A stretch of 64,000 bases of DNA, taken from Felis catus. Taxonomy: Eukaryota. Positions 52,061-64,000 of the stretch are shown here, piece after piece. Every line of letters starts with the position of its first letter. The first letter of the stretch is position 1. A model generated the notes under the pieces. That model made no database searches. It saw nothing but the letters and a program-made list of their open reading frames with translations, and was not told the origin of the DNA. The position numbers were made by a program, and so were the translations under genes. Location: NCBI RefSeq assembly GCF_018350175.1, contig NC_058368.1, positions 5,394,001 to 5,458,000 of the forward strand, given 5' to 3'.

Positions 52061-54551
52061 CATCTTACTCCTTTTTGAAGAATGAATGGTGCCCCAACAG
52101 GCAGGAAGCAGTAGAAGAAGGTTTTGGGGAAATACGTGAATGTGAATATCATTTGGGGTGTAGAAGGCCTCTGTCTGGTGAGGTATAAGGTGAGGAAAGG
52201 GAAACAGGCGAGAGACCGGTGGCCTATATCCTCTGTGAGGGATTTATACAGGCACGTGTCTTCTCATGGTCTTCAGCACCCAACCATCTTTAATCTCCTC
52301 TGTCTTCAAAAAGAGAACATGAAGAAGTTGACTCAGTAATTGCAGAGAAGACGAAGACGAGGCTGTTAGGGGATAAACGTGTACTTGAAAGAGAGGAGAG
52401 ATGGTGGGAGTTTCGAGGTCCCGAGATCTCCTGGTGCAAAGGAGAGAGGGAGAGAGAGCAGGAGAGACAGAAACATGATTTAGGGGTACGAGGCTAGCGC
52501 TACCTTGAGAGCGAGTCCTTTGAATCGTGACCACAGCGCAGGAGTTTGAGAAGCTTAGGGTGGAGGGAAGATGAGTCACGACAGCCCAGGTTCCACGGGG
52601 TGCAGTGGCTAGAGAAGTGGAGGTGCGGGTAGTCCATGGTGGCAAGAAATTGGCCCTCGACTTTATGTCCCTAGCACCTGCGAAGCCCTTGATGCTTACT
52701 GGATTGCTGCGAAACACTTGCGGCCTGTGGGGGGGAAGGTTGGCCTCCCCAAACTGAACAGCCGTGGAGCCTGGTCCCAAACAGATTTCCACGTGAGGGG
52801 GGGAAAGGTAGAGGTCCTTAGCGATTGGGCTGGCGGCAGGTGGAGTGTGTGGCCCGGAGCATTGCTGAGTTTACGGAATGAAAAAGCCCCCCCGGGGAGT
52901 TGCTGAGTTTATTGAATTACCTAGACCCAAGGTGCCAAAGTAGGCATTGCTGATTTGGCTTCTGGTATCTGCCTCCCAGCCCTGGCTCTGGCCTGAGAGC
53001 GGCTCCAGTGGACGGGGTTCTCTTGAGGCAGGAGGCCAGGACTGCTAGAACCACGGAGAGGTGGCAGCCGCCGTAGTCATCCGGGGAAGCCGAGACCGGG
53101 AGGTGGCTGGCTTTCGAGCGCGTGTGTGACGGAGGGATCTGGACTCAGAAAAACTCTGTGGGAGGATGCCTTTGGCAACAGGGTGGCTGGTGAGCTCTGC
53201 CTTTAAAGTCAAACCCATTACTGAATGAGTGGTTGCTCTGCCATAGGCCACTGCACCTCTCAGGTCGTTTCTGAGAAGAATAATTGTTACTCGACCAATC
53301 CGTCGTAGGCTGACGGGACAAAAAGCAATTTTTGTGAAAGCATTTTATGAGTTGTAACATGCCATAAAAATTCAAGTTACTTGTGAATTGGATTGCGGAG
53401 GGTAGAGATCTGAGCAAAGGAAACCCGGTGAAGGTATCTTTACAATAATCACAGGGAATTAATGAGAACATGAATCCAGGCTATGACAATGGGGTGGGGG
53501 GGGGGCGGGGAGAGAACAGATGCAAAGCTTTCTACTAAGAATGTAAAACATGGACCGGGAAGCCAATTAAGCACTAGGGGGAGGCAGTGGGGTGAAAGGA
53601 GGAGGAGGACACCAGGATTCCGAGTTTGAATGACGGAGAGCATAGTGGTAGCGAGACCTGTCGTGCAGGGAAAGGCCGGCGGTGGAGGGATGGCCTTTGT
53701 GTCGGGCTTATGGGATTCCGGGCACCGCTTGAACATCCTGCCAGAAACGACCGGGAGAAATCTGGTTGGAAACCCAGAGGGATGATGGAGGCTGGGGTTG
53801 GGTGCTGACCGCTAGAAGCAGTGTTGGCGACTTTGGACTCGAATGCTGACACCAAGGCAGAAGTATCAGAAGAAGACCAAAGTCACACTCTTGGGGATAA
53901 TGCAACTTAACTTCCTTTGGTGTTAGGGTTTCCTCAACGCGTGTGTAGCTTCCTCAACCTTCCTGAATCATGGCACTTAGCACCGCGTGTTCACTTGCTC
54001 AAATTCCTGACATAGGGAGGGAGGATTGCATTCATCTTGTGTGCTATCAATCCTGCACGTAGGTTGAAATGCCTAGAAGCACACAGTAAGCATTGGCAGA
54101 TATTCCTTTGAATGACTGCATGTTCTGAAACTAAGGTCATTGTGATGAAAGATCAAGAGAGCCCTGGCTCGAAGGTACAATCCTGGACCCGTTCCAGGTC
54201 AAGTGATATTAAATGAGACCAGCTGATATTGCTAGTGTCTTTCTTCCCTAATGCTCTGCAGATTGAGAATGTGAGTTGAGAATACAGATTGTTGGTTATG
54301 GATTAGGAAAACGTAGAAATAGCAGAAGGTCAAGGGGATTAGGACAGCATCAGTATCCCTGAAATCCAGGATAGTTGGAGTGGTAGGTCAAGCCAAGAAA
54401 GACCTGAGGGTGAGTCCTCAGTGGTTTATGGAACAAAAGACATTTTGAAAACAAAGCAGGCAGTGTTGACGGGGGTGGAAGAAATTGAGAGGGAAGGAAA
54501 GGGAAATTTCATGCTGTAGGTTCTTGGGTATGACTGTGCCAATTGTGTGGT

Positions 54552-54985
54552 TTTTAATGGGTTGAATTGTGTCCACTCCGAAAGACATGTTGAAGTCTTA
54601 ATCCCCAGGGCCTTAGAACGTGACCTTGTTTGTATACAGGTACACTGCAGATATGATTAGTTACGATGAGGTCATGCTGGAGTCGAGGCCCTGTGCCCTG
54701 ACTTGTGTCCTTATGAGAAGAAGTGACACGCATGTACATAAGACGGGGAGCAGTGGCAGAGACAGAAGTCCCTGAAGCTGCAAGCCCCACATTGCTGGCA
54801 ACTCACCAGAAGGTAGGAAGGCACTAGGGCCTGGGAAGTATTCTCCCCTACAGATTTCAGGGAGAACATGGCCCTGCTGACACCTTTGCTTTCAGACTTC
54901 TAGCCCTGAGAAGTGGGAGATAATTTTGTTGTTGTTTTCAGCCACCTCATTCTTGGTCAGTTAGGGCAGCCCTGAGAGACTGGCA
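54552..54985 (+). mobile_element. MLT1-type MaLR solo LTR
   Basis: atgggttgaattgtgtcc...agaacgtgaccttgtttg...catggccctgctgacacctt..tttcagacttctagcc...gcagccct; near-TSD gtggt/gtggc. Confidence 0.92.
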
Positions 54986-57332
54986 GTGGCTAAGAGGAAG
55001 TGAAAATGAAGGTCATGGAGACCAAGGTGGTATGAGATATGGTTGCCCTGCTCAAGGTTTGGAGAACAGTGGAGAGGGATGGAGGGAAGAAAACAGTGTG
55101 GAGCACTAAAAGTCTCAGATAAGGGGAGTGTCCTGTAGCCTCCATACCCATAGCTAAGTGGCCACATAATCACAAGCTCTCCATACCTCAGTTCCTTTGA
55201 AAGTAAAGCAAGGGGCTTCACCATCATCAGGAAGGTGACTTCTACATTCCCGGTTTTATATATCTCCAACTAGGTCTGTTAGTTCCTGGCCATTTGGGTT
55301 TAGGTTGCAGTTGGTATGGATGTTTGGTTTCTTTTGCAGGTATTATAATAGGGGCTCTGTGCATCTTAAATAGGACTGATGTCTTCAGGTTGAATGAGTT
55401 CAGTGTGCCAACCACTCCCTGCCTAAATTCTCATTGCAGAAAACACGAGTGGTATGCCCTGGTACATATTTCTGAAGAGAGGGAAGCAGTTGGTATTGAA
55501 GTGACCGGTTCCTTTTGCAAGGGCATCCATGAAAACTAGGAAGTCTAGACCGCTTTCCAGAGAAGAAGAGTCTTTGAAGATTGGGAAGCTGGGGGAAAAA
55601 TTAAAAAAGAAAAGCTGTGCCCAGCTTACCAATATTGAGGGCAGAGGAGTGGCTTAAGACCCTGTGGGTTCCTTGCTTTGTCTCCCAAGCCTGCAGCCAG
55701 TTTGGGTATGGGGAGAAATGAAGGTGTTTAGTGTGTTCCCCTAGAGCTCCCGCATTGGAAATGAACTTGGGATGAGTGCTAATGTTTTAGATTTTTCTCC
55801 TATTGGTTGCAAAATGAAATGTTTGTGCACCCCTCACTTGGCGTTGACCTTGGTATTTCCACACTCCTGATTTTCGCAAAGATTGACAGGTACATAATTT
55901 TGGGTAACAGCGTGACCTGTGTGTATTCTTCCAGTCCTGACCGCCGTGGGGCTCGGGGCAGTGGTCCCTGTCATTCAGTCCACTTCTAGGGAAGTCAGCC
56001 TGCAGGGAGCCCTTCGTGCAGTTTCCAGTGTTGTTACAGGAATGGCACTTGGCTCCTAGTGGGAAGGACAGGTTTGTTTCCTTCTCCTGCTTAGATACAA
56101 GTGTTCGATTTTTTGCTTTTTCTTTCCCTCCTCCCCCTTATCAAAACAAAGCAAACTAGTCTTTGAGAACACCTCAGAATGATTTATTTGCTGAAGATGC
56201 GTGAAAACAGTGATCTAAGAGGTCGGGGAAAAAAGAAACCTCAGTGGTTCCATCCTTGTGTACCTTTTAAAACAGATGGGACGAGAGGACGACTTTGGAC
56301 TGAGTGCTTGGGGTGTGATCTGGTTCACCTTCTGATAGAAGAATGAGTCTTTACCAAGTGACTGTGTTTGGCTAGAACCCAGGCCCAAAAGAACACTCTG
56401 GTCTTTGGCAAATGCATAGAAGAAAAACATGTCAAAATGAAGCAGAAGTACCGTATATCAGTTTCCGTGTGTAACTCTACGTGTGTAACTATAGCCGAAG
56501 GAAAGCAAAAACTAAAAAAAAAAAATGATGGCCATTCCTTCTAATTTAGACTGTGTTGGTAAGAAGTGCCGTGGAGCTTTGCTGACGATCCTAGAAGACT
56601 TAGACAAGAGTCGGTGTCAGCCTGACTCCGCTTCGAAAGTCTGTCTTCCCGACCTTTCTGGTGGGTTCCTGTTGTCAGCTGGATCCTTCTTCCACACTCC
56701 TCTCTGAACACCTTATGGTTTTGGGAGGTGGAAATCAGGAACAAAATCCTTTCCCAGAGTCTGGCTCCGGGACCCTATCACCTTCCAGACTGAGCGACTG
56801 GAGCGGCCTGGCGCTTGTTTTTCTTAGTTGTATTGCTGCTTTAATTGGCCTCAGTTCCCTTCATCTGTCATGAAAACTCTTAAAACTCATACGAGAGTAA
56901 TTTTCCCCACCTTCTTTATTGCGGGTTATTTTCTCTCCCCGGGGCACGCTGCTGGGGATTCGGCCCGCGCCCTCCGGTGCCCTCCTCCACTGGCTTTCTT
57001 CGGGAAGCAGTCGTTTGGTGAGTTTGTGCAGGCTGACCGATTGAGTTACACCCTGAGGAATGTTGAACCTGGTTCTCAGCTGCAGGATGTCTTTCCCGAA
57101 AGTTCTTATAGTGCGGGGCCTGCTTTGAGGATTCACATTTGTGTATTGGTTTACAGCAACATGAAAGCCTTCTCCCCACAGTGGATGGGTAAGTTACGTA
57201 AGGAACGTGACATAGCCCTCTCCCGGGGCCCGGAGCTGAGGGCAGGCCAGGTCCTTCTGGCTGGTTTCACATGTATTTATGACTTTCTTTTATACCTAAT
57301 AGTCTTGCCTTGGATTTAAAGGAGAAATTCTT

Positions 57333-57541
57333 TAAAAAAAAATTTTTTTTTTTAACGTTTTATTATTGAGAGAGAGAGACAGAGCATGAGCAGGGGAGGG
57401 ACAGAGAGAGAGGGAGACACAGAATGCGAGCTGTCAGCACAGAGCCCATGCGGGGTTCGAACTCACAAATTGCGAGATCATGACCTGAGCTGAAGTTGGA
57501 CGCTCAACCGACTGAGCCCCCCAGGCGCCCCTCCCCCCCCC
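57333..57541 (-). mobile_element. CAN-SINE with an internal deletion and an extra 5' G-run
   Basis: Perfect 15-bp TSD aaaggagaaattctt at 57318-57332 and 57542-57556. Confidence 0.96.
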
Positions 57542-57721
57542 AAAGGAGAAATTCTTAACTCAAGGACAGATTCTGGGTCATTTCCTGTAAAAGGTTGGAA
57601 GCTCTAATACTTTAAATTATAAAAAACAAGAAGAGTAAACATTAAGTCGATCTCCAAATATTGCATTTGATAGGACGTAAATTGAGAGCGAAAGACCACA
57701 AACAGAAAAATGACTGGCTAA

Positions 57722-57736
57722 TAGCGCCATCTGAGG
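57722..57736 (-). promoter_or_regulatory. Candidate CTCF motif
   Basis: Minus strand reads CCTCAGATGGCGCTA; AGATGGCGCTA matches the AGRKGGCRSY core but the 5' half has mismatches; motif match only. Confidence 0.3.
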
Positions 57737-58250
57737 TTATTTTAGTAACGTGTGGAGGAGGAAGTAGACAAGGGAAAGATTAGGAGGGAGGCCCTCTCTG
57801 AACATATTGCCCTTAGGCACGAAGCTTGTGGCCGCTGCAGCGTCCAAGGTGAGGCTCTTGGTTGGGAGTGGAGGTGAGCAGTTCGCACTCTGTCTCTACA
57901 CCAGGCCTGTGTCTACGGGCTGCAGTTGGCCCCGTTGCTGGTTAAGTCTTCTGTACACGTAAGATCCTCAAAATGCTTGACTCGGTAGGAGAGTAATACG
58001 CTTCTCCTGGATTTAGTGTGTACTTTTGTGGGCGTGTGTCAGTATATGTGTGTGTGTTCGGGCTGCAGGTTTGTATTTTATTTTTGTCATCAGAGCTCGG
58101 AAATGATGGTAGGGATGAGTCCTTGTCTCCGTTGAATTGCCCAGAAGCCATTGCTTTCCTATTACCAGGAAGAGGGTAATGTGCGATTACAGACGGTGGT
58201 GTCGGCGAAAGCATTTTGTGTCGGTTGCTCAGAAAAAGAGAGGACGCTCG

Positions 58251-58368
58251 TGAGCACCGAGTGGTATATACAGAATTGTTGAATCCCTCTATCACATACC
58301 TGAAACTAACATAATACTTTGTGTTAACTCTACGGGAATTAAAATAAAAACTTAACAATAAAAAAAAA
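58251..58368 (+). mobile_element. Very short carnivore L1 3' end
   Basis: tgagcaccgagtg...aattgttgaatc..cta...ctgaaacta.....tgtgttaact...gaattaaaataaaaacttaa plus A tail, closely similar to 12463-12565. Confidence 0.92.
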
Positions 58369-58434
58369 GAAACTAGCTTGTGTAGGAAAAAAGGTATTCG
58401 CCGTTTTGGGAAAATGCTGGATGAATCATCATTT

Positions 58435-58436
<2 letters not shown>

Positions 58437-58472
<36 letters not shown>
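58437..58472. repeat. T36 homopolymer
   Basis: Directly visible. Confidence 0.95.
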
Positions 58473-58476
<4 letters not shown>

Positions 58477-59600
58477 GTGAGTCCCTGATCATGCTTGATT
58501 TTTGTGTCAAACCGATGGTCAGTGAGCCGAATGCGGATTGTAGTAGTGTTCTGCCTGGATGGCATTGTGAATAATGGCAGGTGGTACAGGACATACCCCA
58601 GTCGGCCACTGACCCCGCCCCGCTTCATGTCGGAGCTGTACCTTTATTACCTGTCTGGTGCCCTGGGATCATTTATCTACATGGCACCCAACGCATATTT
58701 TCAAATTCTTTCTTAAACAGAAGCAAACAGATAGTAAGGCATACGTCTGTTCAATGTATATTTGTATTTTGTCTCTCCAGATGTCTTCTGACAATGGTTT
58801 TTAATAAGAGCAGTGAAACACTCAAAATTGCTAAAGAATAGATTAAGAAGGTTTAGGGCAAGGATTATATATTAACTACCTAATTAGCCCTTAAATCTGT
58901 GGCACTGATCTTAATGACTGAGTTTAGCAGAGTGGGAAAGCTTGTATGTTTCCTGTTTCCTGAGTGAACAATCCTGGTATTGAATGATTCTGGCTTAACC
59001 TTTTTCGATCTCCCTGGAAACATTTTTGCTTCTAGGTTTCCCTTACTCCTCAAACGTTGCTAAATTAGCACGGGCTTTGAACACCCCCCAAAAGTCCTCT
59101 CCATTTCACATACTTCTCATATTTGTTCTATTGAAAGTGTTGATCGCAAGACAAGCTCAAGTCTGAGCCCGGATGGCATTGATCTGATTGATTCCTCTGT
59201 GTGCTCTCTCTGTGGCCATGGGCCTTCTTCTGGAAAGACCATATCGAGTTCGTCCACTGTTGTGAATGAAAATAATCAGCTGGCGAAAGCATAGAATTAG
59301 AAACCTCTTGGTATATTTATTTCTGTGTCCCAAGAATTCTGATTTAAAGCAGACTTTATTTCAAGTAATGTGAACAGTAGGTCGTTCAGGAGTCTCAGAT
59401 GAATCAATGTTTTCTTCCCTTCTCTCCAAGAAAATCTATTTAAAGCAAAGGTCAAATCTGTGCTGGATTTAGAACCTATTAAATGTAAGTCTGGAGAACA
59501 GAGCCACTTCTTTTCTATTCTTTACATAGTTTCAAGCACTAGGGACACTCTGGTCTTCTGCAAGCCATCATTTCCCACATTTTTCTGTTGTTTGTACTTG

Positions 59601-59602
<2 letters not shown>

Positions 59603-59638
<36 letters not shown>
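59603..59638. repeat. T36 homopolymer
   Basis: Directly visible. Confidence 0.95.
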
Positions 59639-59639
<1 letters not shown>

Positions 59640-60109
59640 TTCTGGAGGATAGAGTGTTACCTGGAGCCTCTGTACCCAGTGAATTTGAGCCCTGGTGAGC
59701 CTTTGAGCTTATGTAATTTAGGAGTAACTTAAACCTTGAACAATTGCCTTGGAGGAGTTGATTAGGCTTTGAACTGTATCTAAGAAAGATATATTAATGC
59801 ATGTATTAATGTGACACATTTAATTAGCATGCTCAGAAATTGAACTCCTATGTGCCCTTCCTCTCTCTCCCCCTTCCCTCATCCCTCTGTCCTTTTCCAT
59901 CTCCATGAAGGTTGTCAGGCTGTTGCCCATATTACCGTCCCCACGCACTGCCCTCACATTGTTACCAAACCCTGCACATTTTACCTCTGAAAAATCTTTC
60001 ACTTCCTCAGTCCAGGGCTTGCTGTAGGTGTGGGTGTTGGCATGGTGTCCGAACTTGTCCCTCAGCTCCCCATGGCCTTTCACTCAAGAAAGATTCGGAT
60101 AAATCAGTG

Positions 60110-60950
60110 CCCTGCGGGACATAAATCGGGAGAGGAAAATGGGTGTGCACAGGGGAGTGTGTTTTTAAGTAGAGTCACCGAGAAGGATCTCATCAGGGAG
60201 AGGGGACGAGCCATTGGAAATCTGGGAGAGAGCTGGAAGGGAGCAGGAGGGCGTATTTGAGGAACACCAAGATGTCAGTGGGTGCCGTGGTCAGAGCCAC
60301 AGTTCGGGGGGATTGGGCCCCACGGGGCAGGGTAAGGCCCTGGCTCTTGAGAAGCTTCTGAAGACTGAACCGAGTGACAGGATCTGCCTTTCTTGTTATC
60401 AGGACTCTGTTATGGTGAGAAAAGAGAACAGGGTGGGGGTGGGGGAAGGGCCAAAGCCGGGAGGCAATTTAGGAGTTTGCTATGATGGTGTAGGAGAGGG
60501 AAGGTGGCTTTAGCAGGGCCTTGGTGAGAGGTGGTCAGATTCTATATGTATCTCAAAGACACAGGTCACATTGTTGACTGATGGATTGATTATTTAGGGT
60601 GTTCAATAAAGGAATAAGAATAAGCCCAATGTTTTTGGCTTGAGTACCTGGAAGGTTGACGTTCCCCTGCTGTGTTCCCACTGTTGGTGTTCTCAGAAGA
60701 TTTAATGCAGGGAACAGCAGGCTTGGGAGGGAGGGAGTAAGGAGCCCAGTGTGGACATGATGTTCGCAGTTCCTTATAAGACAACCAAGTGGAGATGCCA
60801 AGTGACGTTGTTGGATATTCGGGTCTGGAATTTGGCGGAGAAGTTCTACCTGGAGATATAAACTTGTGAGTCTGACATATTTAAGGACGTAAGACCAGCT
60901 GAGATCCCCAAAGATACACGTAGGAAATGTCCTTGGACTGAGCCTTGAAT
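60110..60950 (-). mobile_element. LINE-2 fragment
   Basis: Purine-rich antisense L2 motifs: ttttggcttgagtacctggaagg, ccaagtggagatgccaagt..gttggatattcgggtctggaat, ctggagatataaacttgtgagtc. Confidence 0.8.
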
Positions 60951-61781
60951 CATTTCTCTTATAGGATTCAGAAATTCAGCTTTCTTAATGCGGGATATCC
61001 CCTTTGTCCCAAGCCCAGGTTTCAGGGGCATTTCTAGGTGTCGTTCTTACACACACGGACAGGTGAGGACAGTTGTCAGGCCGCAGTCCTTCTGCAGAGT
61101 TGTTTTCAAAGGCGTGCCCTTCTGTCCATTCCTAATCTCTGCTAAGCGTTCCAGCGTTAAATTTGCCTTTTGGTAGTTTTCTCCTGCTCCTTGCCCCTCC
61201 GCTGTTAGAATCTACGTCTCTGTCACGGATGTTCTTATTCTTTTCTTCACAGTCCCCTATAATAGCCCTTAGCCTGTGTTCTCATTCATGTGCACCTGGT
61301 GGAAGGCAAGGGAGTTCTCTTTTTGTCCCCACGACTTTGAATATCACCTGCATGTAACAGCATAGCGTTTGTTGAATTGAGTTTAATTTCTTAAGGTTCA
61401 CAAAAGTGGTTTCTGTTTTATATTATACACACACGCATATATGTATGTATTATACGTCTACACATACCCATATATACACCTGATATTTGGTATTTTATAA
61501 TAAATATTTTCTATATTTTGTTTTTTCTAGGATATCATGTATATCGTGTGTGTGTGTGTATGTATATATTATTTATTTTCTTCTCAGAATAACTTTTCAT
61601 CTCTTGTCTCAAGCATTTAGTACTAAGGCTTAGGAGCCCAAAAATGTGTACATGAAGAAAGACGTTCTTATAGACACATTCACAGTTATTCCTTCCATCC
61701 AATATGCCATCTTATGCAAAAATTTCAGTACTACAGCTGACACTTCATTTTTCCCTATAGAAATTCTAGCCATCTGGAAAA

Positions 61782-61810
61782 TGTGTGCGTGTGTGTGTGT
61801 GTGTGTGTGT
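61782..61810. repeat. (TG)n microsatellite
   Basis: Directly visible. Confidence 0.95.
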
Positions 61811-64000
61811 ACGTGTTAAAGGTGAAATCTCTACTGAAAGCAATTTCAGGAGCTTCAGGAAATCCTCATTCCTCTGGACAGCTTTTGGGTTTTCAATCTG
61901 GGAATTTGCATGTTCTCTCAGTTTTACTAGTTGAATTTTAGGGGCTGAACCTTCATCAACTAGGTAGAATAAAGAATCTGGAACCGTGCCTGGATTGGCA
62001 ACGGCCCACGACAGCTGTAACGAGAATGTGGGCAGAGCCCCGGTGGGACCTCGACTTGTGTCCAGTTAGAAACCAAAGAACACGGTGCTCATCGAGCTGG
62101 GAGCGTGGGGCCCCGGCCGGCAGGGCCAGGGGCATGGTGGGAGTGCTAACGTAGCTCTCTGTCTCCCCCCCCCCCCCATCCCCAGCAAGCTCTGGCCCGC
62201 CCTAGTGATTTTCGTTCCCACTTCCAATGGAGAAGTGGGTCAGAGTAACCACAGCACATGCCCACTGACCAGTGATACTTGGCCTCCCAGTGTCGGGGCG
62301 ACAGTAGGGACTGGGTGGCACCGTGGCCGGCGTGCATTTGTCGGGGATGGTTGGATGTCGCTTCGCAGGAACCACGGGTCTAGGCCTCCCAGAGACTGTA
62401 ATTGTTCAAGAGACACCGGCTGTCAAAGCTCTCGTGGCTTTTAAATTTTGGATAAAAAATTTTTTTTGTCAAATGTGGGATGAATACTTAACCTAAACTC
62501 ACCGTGTTGGTTATGTTTCCTGGCCACTCAAATCAATCGTCAGGACCTTTTCTCCAGTTGGGCATAAACTGCTGTGCTTCTGCCTGTAAGCCGGTCTCGG
62601 TCTCCTTGGCTGACGCCCTTGTCCGGCTTCCGACGGACTCCTGCTTCTTGAGCCCCGCCGGACTTCGTTCGTGGCACATAAAACTCACGGCAGGTGTGAG
62701 GTATCTATTTGCTTCATACCTGTTTCCTCACGAACGCGTAAGCGCCTTGAAGAGAGCTTTTGCAGTTCCGTGCGTGGCTGCGCCCTCACATTTGGCGTCC
62801 CACGGCCACTTAATGTGTGAGTGGTCTGCCAAGCTAATGTCTCAAGTGCTTTAACGAACTATGAATAGAAGGCCCTTGTCACCAGACGAGTGCAGTGATG
62901 TGCAGAAGGGACGGCAGGAGCAGAGAAGAGATGATTCACGCCAGACAGTGAGCGATTGTTCTGGCCAGGGTCAGGAGTTCAGGAAGCAGCAAATATTCCC
63001 CCCAGAAGGGGTGGCAAGCGTTTTCTCAGCACCTGCTGTATGCTGAGTGATTTGTTTGTTTGCTTTCTTCACCCAGAGGGAGTGGTAAGGAAACTGCCCA
63101 AACGGTTTCTTTTTCCAGTCTTCAACCGGCATTGATTGAGGGGTTACATGATCCACAAAGGACAAGCGGTGGCTGCCGGAAGTTCGCTCTGAGCTCCGCA
63201 GACTTCGGAGGGACTTCTGAGTAGCGGTGTCCCCAGAGAGCCGTGCGGGGTAGTCCAGGGCCAGAGAGGCTCCCTACTCCACCCCCCACCCCCCGTCCCC
63301 CCCCCCCCAGGCGTTCAGACCAGTACTTACAGGGAACGGTAGGTTGCTCTTGAGCCAAAGAGCCACCTGTCTGTACGCAAAGTCAAAATGAAGTATCTGC
63401 TGTCCCCCAGTCACAGACCCCTCCCCGCGTTCTCCCACATCCGTTTCCCAGCCACTGGCCTCTTTTAGCAGGCCAGACAGACGCTGGCTACCCTCCCCAT
63501 CTCCTCTCTTGCCCTCTGACCATTCACCAGACACCACGCATCCTTCTCGTGAAATGCGTTTCCTGGTTTTGTCTCTGTGACCCCAGTCAGAGGTTAGACT
63601 CTCATCATCTGAAGGCTCCTTGCTGGTCCGTTTCCCGTCCCACTCCGTCATCTCTGCTGTCGGTGGGTGAACATCTGAGTGTGGTATTTTTATATGTAGA
63701 AGCCGTTGCTTTGCATTTGGGTGTACAAATGGTTCCTTCTGTCCTCCCAGCCTCGCCACCCCCCCGGCACCTTCCCAGCTGTGCCTGTGGTTCCCCAGCC
63801 TTACAGGCCTGCGTCGGTACCCGCTGCCCACAGTGGTCTTTGGCTGTCGTGTGCCATTGTCTCCTTCCTTTGCTCTGGGCCTCTCCACCCCTACAAACCT
63901 GTGCACATAACAAGCTCTTAATGGCTAAAGATTGATTAAAGGTTTTTCTTTTTTTGTTCTATATTTCAATGTAAACTTCTGTCTCCGTGACCTTGAATCC

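Noticed and set aside
56466..56493. 14-bp tandem duplication cgtgtgtaactcta/cgtgtgtaactata
   Set aside because: An ordinary slippage duplication with two copies and no spacers; not an array
57942..58628. 228-aa minus-strand ORF with poly-lysine
   Set aside because: It runs through the T36 homopolymer and an antisense L1 3' UTR; no recognisable domain
58721..58739. Possible microexon (aaacag|aagcaaacagata|gtaagg)
   Set aside because: 13 nt is not frame-preserving, the donor is weak, and there is no independent support
63274..63935. Several overlapping ORFs up to 210 aa (similarly 52244-52792 and 56828-57319)
   Set aside because: No recognisable homology or coherent splice structure; expected by chance in GC-rich DNA
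1..64000. CRISPR arrays, operons, prophage, non-retroviral endogenous viral elements, snRNA/snoRNA copies
   Set aside because: The DNA is mammalian; I saw no repeat-spacer periodicity, viral ORFs or recognisable small-RNA sequences by eye, although highly degraded copies could be missed without a database search

Overview
This is 64 kb of non-coding mammalian DNA, almost certainly from a cat-family (Feliformia) genome, as shown by about 19 tRNA-derived CAN-SINEs, many of the SINEC_Fc type. I found no recognisable protein-coding exon, RNA gene or prokaryotic-type system. The ORF-track entries I could recognise are LINE-1 ORF1/ORF2 remnants or read-throughs of SINEs and simple repeats; the rest look like chance ORFs. 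The window is a mosaic of: a 4.3-kb degraded carnivore L1 (8.25-12.57 kb); a young 5'-truncated L1 with an open ORF2 C-terminus (20.67-21.64 kb); several ancient L1M fragments; three MaLR solo LTRs; hAT MITEs (MER58, MER3 x2, MER5); MIR and L2 relics; and microsatellites. Most SINEs and L1s are on the minus strand and the longest homopolymers are T-runs on +, which suggests the interior of a large intron of a + strand gene that I cannot identify. The most noteworthy observations are a ~98-nt imperfect hairpin (58517-58614), an apparent local inverted duplication of an old L1 segment (41.7-41.9 kb vs 44.5-44.9 kb), a short dispersed duplication with a microhomology junction (5.7-5.9 kb vs 7.36-7.42 kb), and a Kozak-ATG/phase-0-donor candidate exon (48754-48933). 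I found no convincing new biological system. Repeat subfamily names come from remembered consensus sequences and need RepeatMasker/Dfam confirmation; boundaries without a target-site duplication (TSD) are approximate.
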